Origin: Octopus vulgaris
Lineage: Eukaryota
Length of the DNA stretch: 64,000 nucleotides
Direction: 5' to 3'
NCBI GenBank assembly: GCA_951406725.2
Contig: OX597818.1
Location: forward strand, 44,888,001 to 44,952,000
In this document: positions 1 to 12,864 of the stretch, one piece after another
Layout of the letters: each line of letters starts with the position of its first letter
Position numbering within the stretch: the first letter of the stretch is position 1
Made by a program: the position numbers and the translations under genes
The notes under the pieces: generated by a model
What the model was told of the DNA's origin: nothing
Database searches by the model: none
What the model saw: only the letters and a program-made list of their open reading frames with translations

Positions 1-260
1 CGTGCTGCACTGTTTGTTTCAGCATGTCTCTATGGTTTGATTCCCTCCCAAATGACAACCTCTTTACAGAAAGTACTGGGAGCTTTCATTTGTGGGCACC
101 AGCACTACTGAAGCTGCCACGAATCTTGCAATACGTCACCTGTGACCTCAGCCATCCAAGGACTTATGAAAGGTCTTTGCCATTCCTAACAAGCAGGTTA
201 GTTGTATGTATTCTATGTGCCTTTGCAAGCCAAACTTTTCTATCCACTCCTTCAGCTTAT
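1..260 (-). mobile_element. 3' end of an R4/Dong-like non-LTR retrotransposon (degraded)
   Basis: Minus strand reads KLKEWIEKFGLQRHIEYIQLTCLLGMAKTFHKSLDG*, homologous to the C-terminus at 1260-1370. Abuts (TAA)n. Confidence 0.65.
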
Positions 261-291
261 TATAATTATTATTATTATTATTATTATTATT

Positions 292-848
292 GAGTCAGAG
301 AACAGTGCATGCCATCAAAGTGACACTGGGGTAAAATATAAGAGCCCAGTATGCCCATCATGACTACTCGTTCAATACGGGTACACCAAGCACATGCATC
401 ATAACCATATGTGCGCAACATGTTGATCTCATATCAAGATAAACAGCACATGACCTTGCAGGTGGGGCCCAGTTAGAATTTTCTTCTGGTCGAGTAACCC
501 ATCCTGCTCAAAAGGTCCCTGAATAAGGGTTGTTTAAGGATGTTGAACGAAACACCCATGTTTCCAGGGGTGAATTATCCAAACCCCCAAAGAATTCTTC
601 TCAACACATGACTATGATGCTCCCGTACTGCTTCTGCTCATGATCAGCGATGCACATATTGTCAGCCATTAAGAGACATGCTCAACTGGTTAAGGTCAAA
701 CAACTGACAAACAAATCTGTGGTATTGAGCAAAATATTTGCTGTAGCCCATCTTTTATACCAAGGCAAAACAATGTATATGATAACACTTCCAATCAGTT
801 AAGATGAGGAACCATGAGAGCCACTGCCTGGTACTACATCAGGGCATT
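292..848 (-). mobile_element. Non-coding interspersed element embedded in (TAA)n
   Basis: Flanked by (TAT)n tracts. Its terminus tgagtnagagarcagtg...ccatcaaagtgaca recurs at 38912-38946, again directly after (TAT)n. Strand is tentative. Confidence 0.5.
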
Positions 849-1100
849 CATCATCATCATCATCGTTTAGCGTCTGCTTTCCATGCTAGCATGGGTTGGA
901 CGGTTCAACTGGGGTCTGGGAAGCCAGAAAGCTGCACCAGGCCCAGTCTGATCTGGCAATGTTTCTACGGCTGGATGCCCTTCCTAACGCCAACCACCCC
1001 CCATGAGTGTAGTGGGTGCTTTTTACATGCCACCGGCACAGGTGCCAGACGAGGCTGGCAAATGGCCACGATCAGATGATGCTTTTTACGTGCCACCGGC
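849..1100 (-). mobile_element. RTE-type LINE 3' tail fragment
   Basis: Shares ggttggcgttaggaagggcatccagc...ccaacccatgctagcatggaaa-(GAT)n with more than 10 copies in the window. Confidence 0.8.
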
Positions 1101-1107
1101 ATTATTA

Positions 1108-1180
<73 letters not shown>

Positions 1181-1647
1181 GTGAAAACTCACAGCTTATT
1201 TTGCTGGCTATGATGGAAAGTATCAGTTTTCCACAGCTAGCAGACTAAGGTGACACTGGTCATGCTTCAAGAACCATGTGAAGAATTCTTGCAGTTCCAA
1301 GCAATGCTGATTTTTGTAGGTGTTCTGCCTTCACACTTGCACCAATCTTTTTCAGCCATGCTGGTAGTTGGGTGCTGATACCATTTACTGTTGGTATCAC
1401 ATCTACTCTTCTCATTGACCACAACTTTTCTATTTCCCGCTTCAAATCATCATAGTTGTTTATTTTTACTTCTTTCCTATTGATCCTGTTGTCACCGGGG
1501 CATACTATGTCAATTAATATGCATGTTCTTTCTTTTTTATTCACCACAACAATGTCTGGTTGGGTGATTGCACTGGATCATTGCATCCCACAGGATTTTG
1601 CAATTCTCATTTTCGGTGACGCCTTCTGTAGTATTCTCATACCACGT

Positions 1648-1648
<1 letters not shown>
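1181..1648 (-). mobile_element. R4/Dong-like retrotransposon 3' fragment with restriction-like endonuclease domain (frameshifted)
   Basis: WYENTTEGVTENENCKILWD / VNKKERTCILIDIVCPGD...LQKSALLGTARILHMVLEA*. The 3' UTR ends in (TAA)n at 1101-1180. Confidence 0.85.
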
Positions 1649-1689
<41 letters not shown>

Positions 1690-1692
<3 letters not shown>

Positions 1693-1907
1693 CCCACAGG
1701 GGGTTAAACATAGAGGGGACAAACGAGGACAAATGGATTAAGTCGATTAATCGATCCCAGGGAATAACTGGTACTTAATTTATCAACCCCGAAAGGATGA
1801 AAGGCAAAGTCGACCTTGGTGGAATTTGAACTCAGATCGTAGCGGCAGACGAAATGCTGCTAAGTATTTCGCCCGGCGTGCTAACGTTTCTGCCAGCTCG
1901 CCGCCTT
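1690..1907 (-). mobile_element. tRNA-SINE family B (Meta/MESC-like central domain)
   Basis: ggcggcgagctggcagaaacgttagc head and gcctttcatcctttcggggt-gataaattaagtaccag core. Many copies in the window. Confidence 0.8.
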
Positions 1908-3044
1908 CTAAAAATAATCTGTCAGAAGTGGAAATGAATTGCACAATATCGGATTTAACAAGTGTGGTTTAACTATTACTTAATACATCGCTAAGTACAT
2001 AAGAGTTCTGAGTGGTTTTTTACAACATTCTACTTGAAGATGCATAATGAAAGCAAAGGGCTATTGTGAACAGACAAAAAGCAGGATGATGATGAATGAT
2101 TTTGGGGACTTGAAAAACAACTTGAGTTGAAAAAAAAAAAGAAAAAAAAGAATCTAAATGGACATGAGAGATATTGGCTTCTGTATTTTACTAGCACTTA
2201 GTTTGAAATATATGGAAATATGTAATTGTGTAAAGCTGTTTTACTTGTGCCAGCCCTGAAAAATCAGATATGATTATAGTGAAAATGATGATGAATATGA
2301 TGATATTGTTGTTGTTGGTGGTGGTAGTGGTGGTGGTGGCACTAGCAGCGGCGAAGGTGATGTTAATAGTTGTGGAGGAGGCAATAATTACGATGATTAC
2401 AGTGTGCTGATTCTGACAATGAGGATAGCTTAATCATCAATCTCTTCTGATTGATTGGATATTTTGACTCCTAAGACACATGAGCTTTTGAATGCTGAGA
2501 GTTCTCTCTCTCTCTCTCTCACCTTCATGGTGATATGCACATGCTCACAAAGTCATATAAAGTTATCTGAGAGAGGTGTGTCTTCACAGTCACCATATGA
2601 ATTCAAATGGATGGCAAACAGCTCTGAGTTCACCCGTACATCTTTCTAATGAACCATTCAACAAAATGTCAGAGCAATTTTTAAAACGTCAATTTAATCT
2701 AATATTTCTGATTTGAAATCTCTATCAATATTTTTAAACTCTGTCTTTGCCTGTCAGTCTGTCTCTTTGTCTGTCTCTCTCTTTCTTGCTTCCTGAACCA
2801 GTCCTCCCCTTACATCCCAGTTTCTCACTTAACAACATAGGAGATGGTGCTATTAGTCTATAAGCCACATTTGGGTTCAGCAGTCAACATGATAATTATC
2901 CCCTTGTTAATTAAATACACCCCCACCACCTTACACCATGGTAACAGCCTGAGTTTCCTGCTAACTAAACACACCTACACTTAGTGCCATGGTGACAATG
3001 TGAGGCCACCACAGTAGGATCTCTGTCTTAACATAACACAGAGA

Positions 3045-3420
3045 ACCTAAATAGAAAAGGTATTGCTCTGGAGGATGGCAACTGAAATGCACTGGAGGAG
3101 CTATTCTGACTCAAGGGGCTTACACTTGCAGATAGCCATCTCTGCCATGACTGCAGTGGGCAGGGATATGGTCTGAGGGCTGAGAATGTTGGAGGTCTTC
3201 ATTGCCACAGGCTTGACCAATACTTTGGACAGTTTGCTTTTCTCAGCCTGTTGAACATCAGGCTGGAAGCTGAACACACCAAGTTGCTACTGGAGAAGGT
3301 GTCACAACATGTGGTATCCCAGATGAGGGGGCGGGCCTACCACCACGGAATAGGAAAATTGTCATACAATCAAGCCTTTTACTGTCCCCTCAGTCTAGCT
3401 CCACTAGTTCGACCTTATTT
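3045..3420 (-). mobile_element. Degraded CRE-like non-LTR retrotransposon endonuclease (RLE) fragment
   Basis: Minus strand gives LD*GDSKRLDCMTIF..RGGRP/LIWDTTCCDTFSSSN...PVAMKTS...ESE*LLQCISVAILQSN, matching the RGDGKRPDG..LxWDxTCxDT..QRISxAIxRGN pattern. Confidence 0.65.
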
Positions 3421-4050
3421 TTCCACACAAGAAATAGCTGATAAAAGCTCTTAGCCTAGTGACAACAAAAGTGCTTGGTATTACAGGAGAATAACTCTGA
3501 ATAAGAACTGGTACGGGGAAGAGTGACAACCTTTAGACGTCCTCATATAGGACAATCTTTCTAGTGCCAGTGGCATAGTAAAATGTATTCCACACACCCT
3601 CTAAAATGCACATCAATTTACTCTTTTACTCTTTTAATTGTTTCAGCATGGCCACAGTCAAATGACTGAAACAAGGAAAGTAAAATCATATCCACTTGTA
3701 TGACATAGTTGTCAGAAATAGTAAAATTGGAAAGGTTGATAGTCATAATATCAACACCATTTAAAGCAGTCCAGCTATATGCAAGAAACACAAAAATACT
3801 ATGACACAGACAAGCTGATAGTTTTCATCAGTTTTGTATAAAATCTAAAAATGGGAAGAAAATACTCTTTACATGGATAAACTAGAAAAGATGACGTGGG
3901 GTTTTAATATAAAATCAATAATCTTATGGAAAAAGGAAACTTTTCAGAGAAGCCAGGTGTTGAATTTGTAACTTTAGGTGGATTTGTTATATAACAAAAA
4001 CCAAGAATTTCATCACACACACAATTTTTTGGTTGATAAAGAATATACAT

Positions 4051-4603
4051 TGTTGTGCAGATGGCACGTAAAAAACACCATTTGAGCGTGGCTGTTGCCA
4101 GTACTGCCTGACTGGCCCTCGTGCTGGTGGCATGTAAAGGCATCCACTACATTCTTGGAGAGGTTGGCGTTAGGAAGGGCATCCAGCTGTAGAAACTCTG
4201 CCAGATCAAGATTGGAGCCTGGTGCAACCATCTGGCTCGCCAGTCCTCAGTGAAAGTGTCCAACCCATGCTAGCATGGAAAGCGGACGTTAAATGATGAT
4301 GATGTTAGTTCCTTCTTGAGCCATGCCTGGCTCATAGGGCCGGTTTTCTGGTTTCCTTGGTGTATAAGTTCCCCACCAGGATGGGACACCAGTCCGTCGC
4401 AGGTGAGCTGCAAGATGCAGGAGGAAAGAGTGAGAGAAAGTTGTGGTGAAAGAACCAGCAGAAGTTCGCCATTACCTTCTGCCGGAGCTGCGTGGAGCTT
4501 TAGGTGTTTCGCTCATAAACACACATCACCCGGTCTGAGATTCAAACCCGCTATCCCTCGACTGTGAATCCGCTGCTCTAACCACTAGGCCATATGCCTC
4601 CAC
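4051..4603 (-). mobile_element. V-domain-like tRNA-SINE (4306-4603, -) with an RTE tail (about 4057-4304, +) nested in its 3' end
   Basis: 13-bp direct repeat aaagaatatacat at 4038-4050 and 4604-4616. Core ctgcgacggactggtgtcccatcc. Confidence 0.75.
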
Positions 4604-5199
4604 AAAGAATATACATAGTAAACTCTAAATCATTTATGTTGAGTTACCAAATAATATTGATCCTGAGTTGTTGAAAACTACACATTTTCATATATGTTGA
4701 CCCTTCAGAAATTTCAATTGCAATTATCTATGCATAATTAATGGAAAATATACTACAACTTATTATTGCTCTTTCCTGTTTGAAATACAAACTGATTATA
4801 ATGAATATGTAATGGCCTATGAAACAATAAATCCATCAAACAGCATTGATAGATTTTGTTATGCAGTTGCATCAGTTAAATTATAACTATTTGAATGAAG
4901 GTTTGAATATCAATGGATGGCCAATATCCGGTGAGAGAATGAGGTTGATGGAAACTGTGCAGAAACCCATGAGTGTGTGTGTGTTTGTATGTATGACTGT
5001 GTGCATATATGTGTATAAAGATGTTAGAGAGAAAACTGAAAATCTGGTGTGTTCTTTAAATGAAGCACTTCGGAATATATATTGTACACTAAATAACAGA
5101 GACACCCTTGGCACTCTAACCTTCAGAAATGCAGAGAACCACCGGTGGTTGATGTACTAGGGACTTGTAACCACTGACACTATTGTTCTCCACATGTAA

Positions 5200-5561
5200 T
5201 CTCTATATATATAAACAGCAAAATGTCTGTCTGTGAGTGTGCATGTCCTTTATACAAATCCACAATTTTTCAGTTAGAGGGCTCGCACTTTCTATGGTCA
5301 TTCAAAACCGTCGTCCAAGGGTGGTCATGCACATCTTTACATTTCCCCAGTCACCCTGCAAAGCCATTAAAAAATCAATAGAAGTGACTTTTTTGTGAAT
5401 TTTCTATCCAAAACCCAATCAAAATACCCGAAACTTGATACGCCAATTGAATGCCAGCTATCTGTATGTGACTGGTCGGAGATTTGGACAGTACTCGTGT
5501 GTATGTGTGCATGCACACAGCTGTATATGCATGCACTAGCACTATGACCCAGCAACGCTAG
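5200..5561 (+). mobile_element. Non-autonomous Helitron-like element
   Basis: A|TC start (tctctatatatataaa), CTAG|T end, no TSD. Confidence 0.65.
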
Positions 5562-5982
5562 TTTTAAATAAATGAATGATGGAAATTCCATGAGAGAGGA
5601 TTTGAAACACACAGATGTAGTCGAACCTCAGATTACGAATTTAATTCATTCCTGAGGGCCATTCATCACCTAAAATGTCTGTAAATCAAAACTATTTTCC
5701 TCATAGGAAATTCAAAATAAGGCAAAGTGAATTCGACCAAGGCCATGCACGGAATGAAAGCTAGACAGTAACTGACACTTTCCCACTGATATTACCATCT
5801 GTTGCCAGCTGTTGTTGCTGGCTTGTATGTTCCTTACTCAAGACACCATTCATCACTTGAGATGTTTTATGTTTGAAAAGGTGTTCATAAACTGATTTGT
5901 TTGTGATGAGAACCCAGGTCCCACTGTAAAAGTTATGAGATCACAAACTATTCATAGATAGTCACTTATAATCTTTCTTGAT

Positions 5983-6345
5983 CGGCTGTGTCGTAAGTAC
6001 ATTGCTTACAAACCACATGGTTCTGGGTTCAGTCCCACTGCGTGGTACCTTGGGCAAGTGTCTTCTACTATAGCCTCGGGCTGACCAAAGCCTTGTGAGT
6101 GGATTTGGTTGACGAAAACTGACAGAAGCCCGTCGTATATACGTATATATACATATATGTATGTGTGTGTATATATTTGTGTGTCTGTGTTTGTCTCCCC
6201 AACATCGCTTGACAACCGATGCAAAAAAGACTGATAGAATAAGTACTAGGCTTACAAAGAATAAGCCCTGGGGTCAATTTGCTCGACTAAAGGTGGTGCT
6301 CCAGCATGACCGCAGTCAAATGACTGAAACAAATAAAAGAGTAAA
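5983..6345 (+). mobile_element. tRNA-SINE family A (CORE-like)
   Basis: ggctgtg..gtaagta.. head, B-box-like ggttcagtccc, ccttgggcaagtgtcttc core, internal (TA/TG)n, gactgaaacaaataaaaga tail. Confidence 0.8.
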
Positions 6346-6802
6346 TGACTTGAAAGTATTAAGAGACCCCTGACATAACAGTTTTTAGACAAAGAAACAA
6401 TAAACTAACAGGAAATGAATTAAGATCCTTCCAACGTTTTCAATAGATTGATTTGTAATATAAGCATAAGAGCCACACATTTCTGGGAAGGTTATAGCTG
6501 ATTAAACTAAGACCTAGTATTTGTTTGTGACCTGAGAATGGACAGCAGAATTGCCCTCTCTAAGATTTGAATTAAGAATATAAAGAGCTACATGACATTT
6601 CGTTTGATACTTTAATTCTGTCAATCAATTATATACATAAATATATATAAATATATGAATATACAAGCAGAGTATATTTAACTTTACTTCATCTTGACAA
6701 TATTTTCATAATGCATTTCACGGCAAAAATTGTTGCACAATAAATCAGTAAACAGCCTGCAAATACATCAATTGCATTATTAATTATATTTTGAGCTAGA
6801 AT

Positions 6803-7119
6803 TCTTTTACTCCTTTACTTGTTTCAGTCATTTGACTGTGGCCATGCTGGAGCACTGCCTTTAGTCGATTGAGTAAATCGACCCCAGGACTTATTCTTTG
6901 TAAGCTTAGTACTTATTCTATCAGTCTCTTTTTGCTGAACTGCTAAGTTACAGGGGATGTAAACACACCAGCATTGTCAAACGATGTTGGGGAGACAAAC
7001 ACACAAACATATACACACACACATACATACATAAATACATACATATATATATATACATATATGTACGTATATATATACAAACATACAAACATATACACAC
7101 ACATACATACATAAAACAT

Positions 7120-7154
<35 letters not shown>

Positions 7155-7312
7155 CGATGGCTTCTTTCAGTTTCTGTCTACCAAATCCAATCACAAAGCT
7201 TTGGTCGGCCTGAGGCCATAGTAGAAGACACTTGCCCAATGTGCCACGCAGTGGGACTGAACCTGGAACCATGTGGTTCGCAAGCAAGCTACTTACCACA
7301 CAGCCACTCCTA
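6803..7312 (-). mobile_element. tRNA-SINE family A
   Basis: Full-length inverted copy with an expanded internal microsatellite. Confidence 0.85.
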
Positions 7313-7999
7313 TATTTATACTGATGAATTTTTTTAAAGGAGAAATTTGATTTTTTTTTCATTTTTCTAAAAAATATAACTATGATAATGGCAATTAGTA
7401 TACAGTAGTACTATTATAATTCTGGATATTACTAAGATTACATCTCTATGATTTGATAAGCTGTTACATTTCCACTGTACAGTTCTTGTCATGATAAGAA
7501 GGTGTACCTAGTATCAGACTGGGTTTATTGAAATACCAGCCTTAGTTGAGAAATAGTCTACAGCTTTTAATTCAGTTTGATGTTATGAATGCTGTTAGAA
7601 ATAAGACACTTGTTGATGGCTGGAGTTTAAACCAATTGAAACAGTAAAGATGTAAATATTTTGAAATGTTATACCTGCATAGATGAGGTTAATTGTCTGA
7701 TAACCTGTAGTAATTTTATTAATAGTAACCTATCTCAGGCATTTAGACATTTAATCAATATAAGCACTTTCTCCATTTGCAAAATGAGTTTGAACATTAT
7801 ATTTAGAAGATTCGGATGTAAAGTATTAGTAAACTAAAAATAGTGTTTATGTTATGAAATTACTTATAAATTTAACTGTAATGCTTTCAGAATAAATATA
7901 CTAGTGTTACAGGAAAAATTAACAGAAAGTGTATATTTAATAACATGACTGTATTTGATAAAAATAATTTTTTTAATCTCTCACTTAATACGATACAAG

Positions 8000-8303
8000 T
8001 GGAGGCTCATGGCCTAGTGGTTAGAGCAGTGGACTCGTAGTCAAGGGATGGCGGGTTTGAATCTCAGACCAGGCGATGTGTGTGTTTATGAGCAAAACAC
8101 CTAAGTGAAACACCTAAGTTCCACACAGCTCCGGCAGAAGGTAATGCTGACTCTTTCGCCACAACTTTCTCTCACTCTTTCGTCCTTTATCTTGCAGCTC
8201 ACCTGCGTCAGACTGGCATCCTGTCCAGGTGGGAAACCTATACACCAAGGAAACCTAGAAACCGGCCCTTATGAGCCAGGCGTGGCTTGAGAAGGAACAA
8301 ACA
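8000..8303 (+). mobile_element. V-domain-like tRNA-SINE
   Basis: tRNA-like head tggcctagtggttagag...ggtttgaatctc. Homologous to 4306-4603. Confidence 0.8.
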
Positions 8304-8940
8304 ATAAGATACATCATTTTTTATGGTTAAAACCTTCACTGGCTGATAAAATGAAGATAGAAACATATCTTTAATGAGATTTTAATGAAATATCCCAATA
8401 GATGTGGCATACATAAAATGCTAAAATACTTAGCAGCTGATTTGATGGCAACCTTGTTAACTATTAAAAATTAATACTTTCAGTTTTGATTGCTCCAACT
8501 ATGAAAACCTCTACGAAGCCCAATCTTAAATTACATTTCACTGTCTAAGAAAAAAGTAAAAGATGTATTGGGTAATTTAAGGTTAAATGATCATGGCTGG
8601 AACACCTGTAATCAGAGCTGAATTGGGGCAAGCAGTAACAACAATAAATTTTTTCATATCAATATTAAATATTAAAAATTATAAGTCAATGATTTGACTA
8701 CTGTAGAACCTAAAAAAATCCTAAAGATTAATCTATACCAAACATTTTAAATAATTTTCTTCGTTTCTTTTATCTTAGCCTTTTGGCAAAAGCCCACAGT
8801 TTGAAATGTTGAACTTCCCCGTACTTCTTCCTTGCAGCATAAAATTCATAACTGTTTACAATAATCCCTCGACTATAGTGGGTGTTATGTTCCCCAACTA
8901 CCACGATAGGGGAAAATCCACGAAGTAGCAACAGTATTGT

Positions 8941-9138
8941 ACTCTTTTACTTGTTTCAGTCATTTGACTGTGGCCATGCTGGAGCACCACCTTTAGTCCA
9001 GCAAATCGACCCAGGACTTATTCTTTGGAAGCCTAGTACTTATTCTATCAGTCTCTTTTGCCGAACTGCTAAGTTATGGGGACATAAACACACCAGCATC
9101 GGTTGTCAAGCAATGTTGGGGGAACAAACACAAACATA

Positions 9139-9186
<48 letters not shown>

Positions 9187-9358
9187 CATATATATGATGG
9201 GCTTCTTTCAGTTTCTGTCTACCAAAACCACTCAGAAGGCTTTCGTCAGCCTGAGGCTATAGTAGAAGACACTTGCCCAAGGTGCCACACAGTGGGACTG
9301 AACCCGGAACCATGTGGTTGGTAAGCAAGCTACTTACCACACAGCCACTCCTGCGCCT
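8941..9358 (-). mobile_element. tRNA-SINE family A
   Basis: Full-length copy. Confidence 0.85.
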
Positions 9359-10374
9359 ATATTGCATATTTTTTTATATTATACTGTATATTTTTTAATA
9401 TTATTTTTATAATTTGCACCTCCATGTATCATAGCTGAGGATATTGTTAAATTACAAGTAGTTACTATATTCAGAAAAAATATTTTATATATAATTTTCT
9501 AAGTATAACAATGAGATATTTTTTATTAGTTTTCTAAAATATGCTAGAGTGTCCCTTTTAGGAATCTTTCACTAAAGTTTAAAACAACAAAGCATTTTAA
9601 TATTTAAGTATTACAGTTATAATTATGTTAGTCTTGTTTCTCTATAGGAGAGCAACTTTAATACTTTTTAAATAAGTTTTTGTAAATTTAGTTAATTGTA
9701 AGCTGTTGCAGCCACATAAAAAGCATCCAGTACACACTGTAAAAGGTTAGAATTAGGAAAGGCATTCAACCATAAAAATCATACCAAAGCAGACATTGGA
9801 ACTTGTTGCAGCCTTCTGGTTTGACAAACTTTGGTTTCTGTCAGACCATCTCACTCATGCCAGCTTGGAAAACAAACATTAAATGATGATGAGGATGTCA
9901 TACTTAATTGTGCAACTGGGATTTGTTTTCACCCAGAAGAACTGAAAATGCAACAATAGCTGTAGCAGGCTAGAGTTAGGTTCTGCATTGCTTCACTGTT
10001 GGTGATTATTCACAAAAATCAAGAGAAATAAGTTCACCATATCACTTAAAATCAACACATGCCAGTTGATTATATACATAGGTTCTAACTGTAATCCAGA
10101 ATTAGTATTTTACTACAAATAAAGTTGCTTCGATAAAATAAACAGGAATTATTACTGAAAACATGCTTTGTTAGTAACACAAGTTAATATGGGAAATCTA
10201 GTCATTATAAGCATTGGTACAAACATTTAAAAACTTTTTAGGATTCAAAAATCAAAATTTAAATACCCTTGCAAGTTTAAATTCCAAAACCATATCATTG
10301 TAAGTGTTAAAAGTTGATGGGTTAGTTATGAAATAGCAGGATTCATAATAGAAGAGATGAAACTAAAAACTAAC

Positions 10375-10437
10375 CTCAGTCTTCTTTGTAATTGCATTTC
10401 TTGAGATATAAAATCCAGCCGCTTTGCTGAATTTGAC
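10375..10437 (-). CDS. Small symmetric exon (63 nt, phase 2-2); (R)SNSAKRLDFISQEMQLQRRL
   Basis: Acceptor gtgttcacag and donor GAG|gttagt. Open phase-2 frame that reads on from the previous exon. Confidence 0.7.
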
Positions 10438-10932
10438 CTGTGAACACATCAACTGAAACTATAGCTACTATTTACAAAGTATTTGGTCCATGATTAATGG
10501 AGGAGATTATAATCTGAAGTATTTAGAATATTACAGATGGAAAGTAGAATGAGAATTAACTATGAACCTGTACTATCAATGGAACTTTGTGAGAAAGTTT
10601 GTAGAAAGTTAAAGCAGAATTGTGAGCATGCTGGGCAAAATTCTTAGCAGCATTCCACCCGTCTTTATGTTCTGAGTTCAAATTCTGCCAGAGTCTACTT
10701 TGCCTTTCATCCTTTCAGGGTCAATAAAATAAGTGCCAGTTGATTACTGTAATCAACTTAAACCCTCCCGCTAAAATTGCAGGCTTTGTGCTAAAATTTG
10801 AAACCAATAATATGTAACTGTTACACAGATTTCAAGAGAATCAAAACCAGTTCATCCCATTACAAAAATGACCCTGCATTGTTCTAATGGTGTTAATTGG
10901 TTTTGGAAATAAAGCTAAACTCAAAAATTATT

Positions 10933-11120
10933 CATCATCATCATCATCATCATCGTTTAACGTCCGCTTTCCATGCTAGCATGGGTTGGATGAATGACTG
11001 AGGTCTGGCGAACCAGATGGCTGCACCAGACCCCAATCTGATTTGGCAGAGTTTCCACAGCTGGATGCCCTTCCTAACGCCAACCACTCCGAGAGTGTAG
11101 TGGGTGCCTTTTACGTGCCT
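10933..11120 (-). mobile_element. RTE-type LINE 3' tail
   Basis: (CAT)n plus the conserved tail. Confidence 0.8.
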
Positions 11121-11322
11121 TATTGTTTGGAGTAAATTCATATTTATGGAGATACCCAATAAATTATTTGGCAAATATAAAATATGACAGAAGTAGGATT
11201 GTAGTAAAGGAGAAAAGATAAATTACTCAGTAATTCAAAACAATATTGCATCAATCATTGAAATATGAAATATTTTTTACTTGCTCATTTAAGGTCAGCT
11301 TATTTCTGCCATTTCATTAGAT

Positions 11323-12023
11323 CAGTGTTTCTCAACCTTTTTACCCTAGCATAACCCTTAAAATAAATTACATGCCTCAAGGAACCCTTGTGCAAAAAAA
11401 AAGATATACCATATCTTTCATATTTTTTCATTGTAGTTCACGCGGTAAATATTATATATAATATTATAACGTGAGGTATACTTGCCATCTCAATATGGCT
11501 AACCACTAAGGGTGGGTGTTACTGTAGCTTGTAGCCCTAGGAGAACATCGTCTCCAGCTGGCTTTAGGCACACTTTCTGTGCCCTTATGGTATTTGCAAA
11601 GGGAGGTCATCCCTCCCATGTCAACCTAAGTGATACACATGGACTGCAGTTTCTAGGTATTGACTTGTCCTCAGCGTACGACAATCACCGGTTTTCGATG
11701 AAGGGAGTCCCAATGCAAATACTTATATCGTTTTTCCAGTAACTTTTCATCACTGATCTCGAAAAACTGTATGCAAGCAATAATAAATCTCTGAACGAGA
11801 TATAAACAGTAACTGCACGACAATGTGAGGTATACTATAATATGTGAGGTATATTATAATATTACAGTTACTAATATTACAAATAACCAATAATATGTCG
11901 TGCATGTATAGTAATATTACGATCATGAAATTAGCATTAGCTTATCTCACACTTTCCCGGGGAACCCCTAGGAATGTATTACAGAACCTTAGGGTTCCAT
12001 GGAACCCCAGTTGGGAAACGCTG
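11323..12023. mobile_element. hAT-type MITE with a nested insertion (about 11462-11860)
   Basis: TIRs cagtgtttctcaacc / agttgggaaacgctg. 8-bp TSD cattagat/cattagaa. Confidence 0.75.
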
Positions 12024-12553
12024 CATTAGAATATGTCTGTATTATGAAACACTTTATGGCAACTTCCTAGTTCAGCATGAGATACAATTATGGTTTTTGG
12101 TTAATTGCCTTCATTTTTAGTTTGAGTGATGAGACAAGCTGATGATATTTAGTTCACTGCCTCAATATTGCAATATTCTTCTGAAGCTGATAAAACAAAA
12201 CTCTACAATATGCCAGGATTGTTTTAGTTGTTCCTTCTTTTTATAAATATTTCTAAGAAGGAAATAATTATGAGTATAATAAAGCTTGTCAAGCTATTTC
12301 TAAAACAACAAATTTTATCAACAAATTAGAGCAGACATCAGAACAACATGTAGGAACTGTTATTTCAAGAACTTGATTACTTTAAAATGTCAAGTAGCAA
12401 AAGCCAAAAAAAAAACAACTGAAATGATTGGTCTTTTGTAAGGTTTCAGATTTTATAAAAACAAACTTAAGAGCTTTTAAATTCTTTTATAACTTGCTAA
12501 AATGTGCAATGCTATAGTTGAATATTTCAGTTTTAAGAGAGCATAGTTTAAGG

Positions 12554-12864
12554 CAGTGGTTCCCAAATTTTTTCCAGGCTGCTGCCTCCTTAACACCCAG
12601 GCCACATTCCTAGTACTCCCGCTCCAACTAACTTTCACAAACACAGACCACTTTCTGAAGCAAATTCAAAGCAACTGTATTTTATAAATAAAACATAACC
12701 TAATGAACTCATTATTTTGTTGTTTTTACATGAATCACCACCCCATTATCACCTCAATTTTTGCATGAATCACTACTCCATTATCACGCCACTTTTCTTC
12801 AACACCTCTTTGGAAATTTCCACCCCCACTAGGGGATCAATACTGCCCACTTTGGGAACCACTG
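12554..12864. mobile_element. hAT-type MITE
   Basis: Perfect TIR cagtggttcccaaa / tttgggaaccactg. 8-bp TSD gtttaagg/gtttaaga. Confidence 0.8.

Noticed and set aside
23-196. Apparent plus-strand exon with good splice sites (MSLWFDS...PFLTSR), superficially Roc-like
   Set aside because: It overlaps the antisense of a Dong/R4-like C-terminus and 3' UTR, and no supporting plus-strand exons were found.
8000-8075. tRNA-like sequences
   Set aside because: These are heads of SINEs that continue into SINE bodies, not stand-alone tRNA genes.
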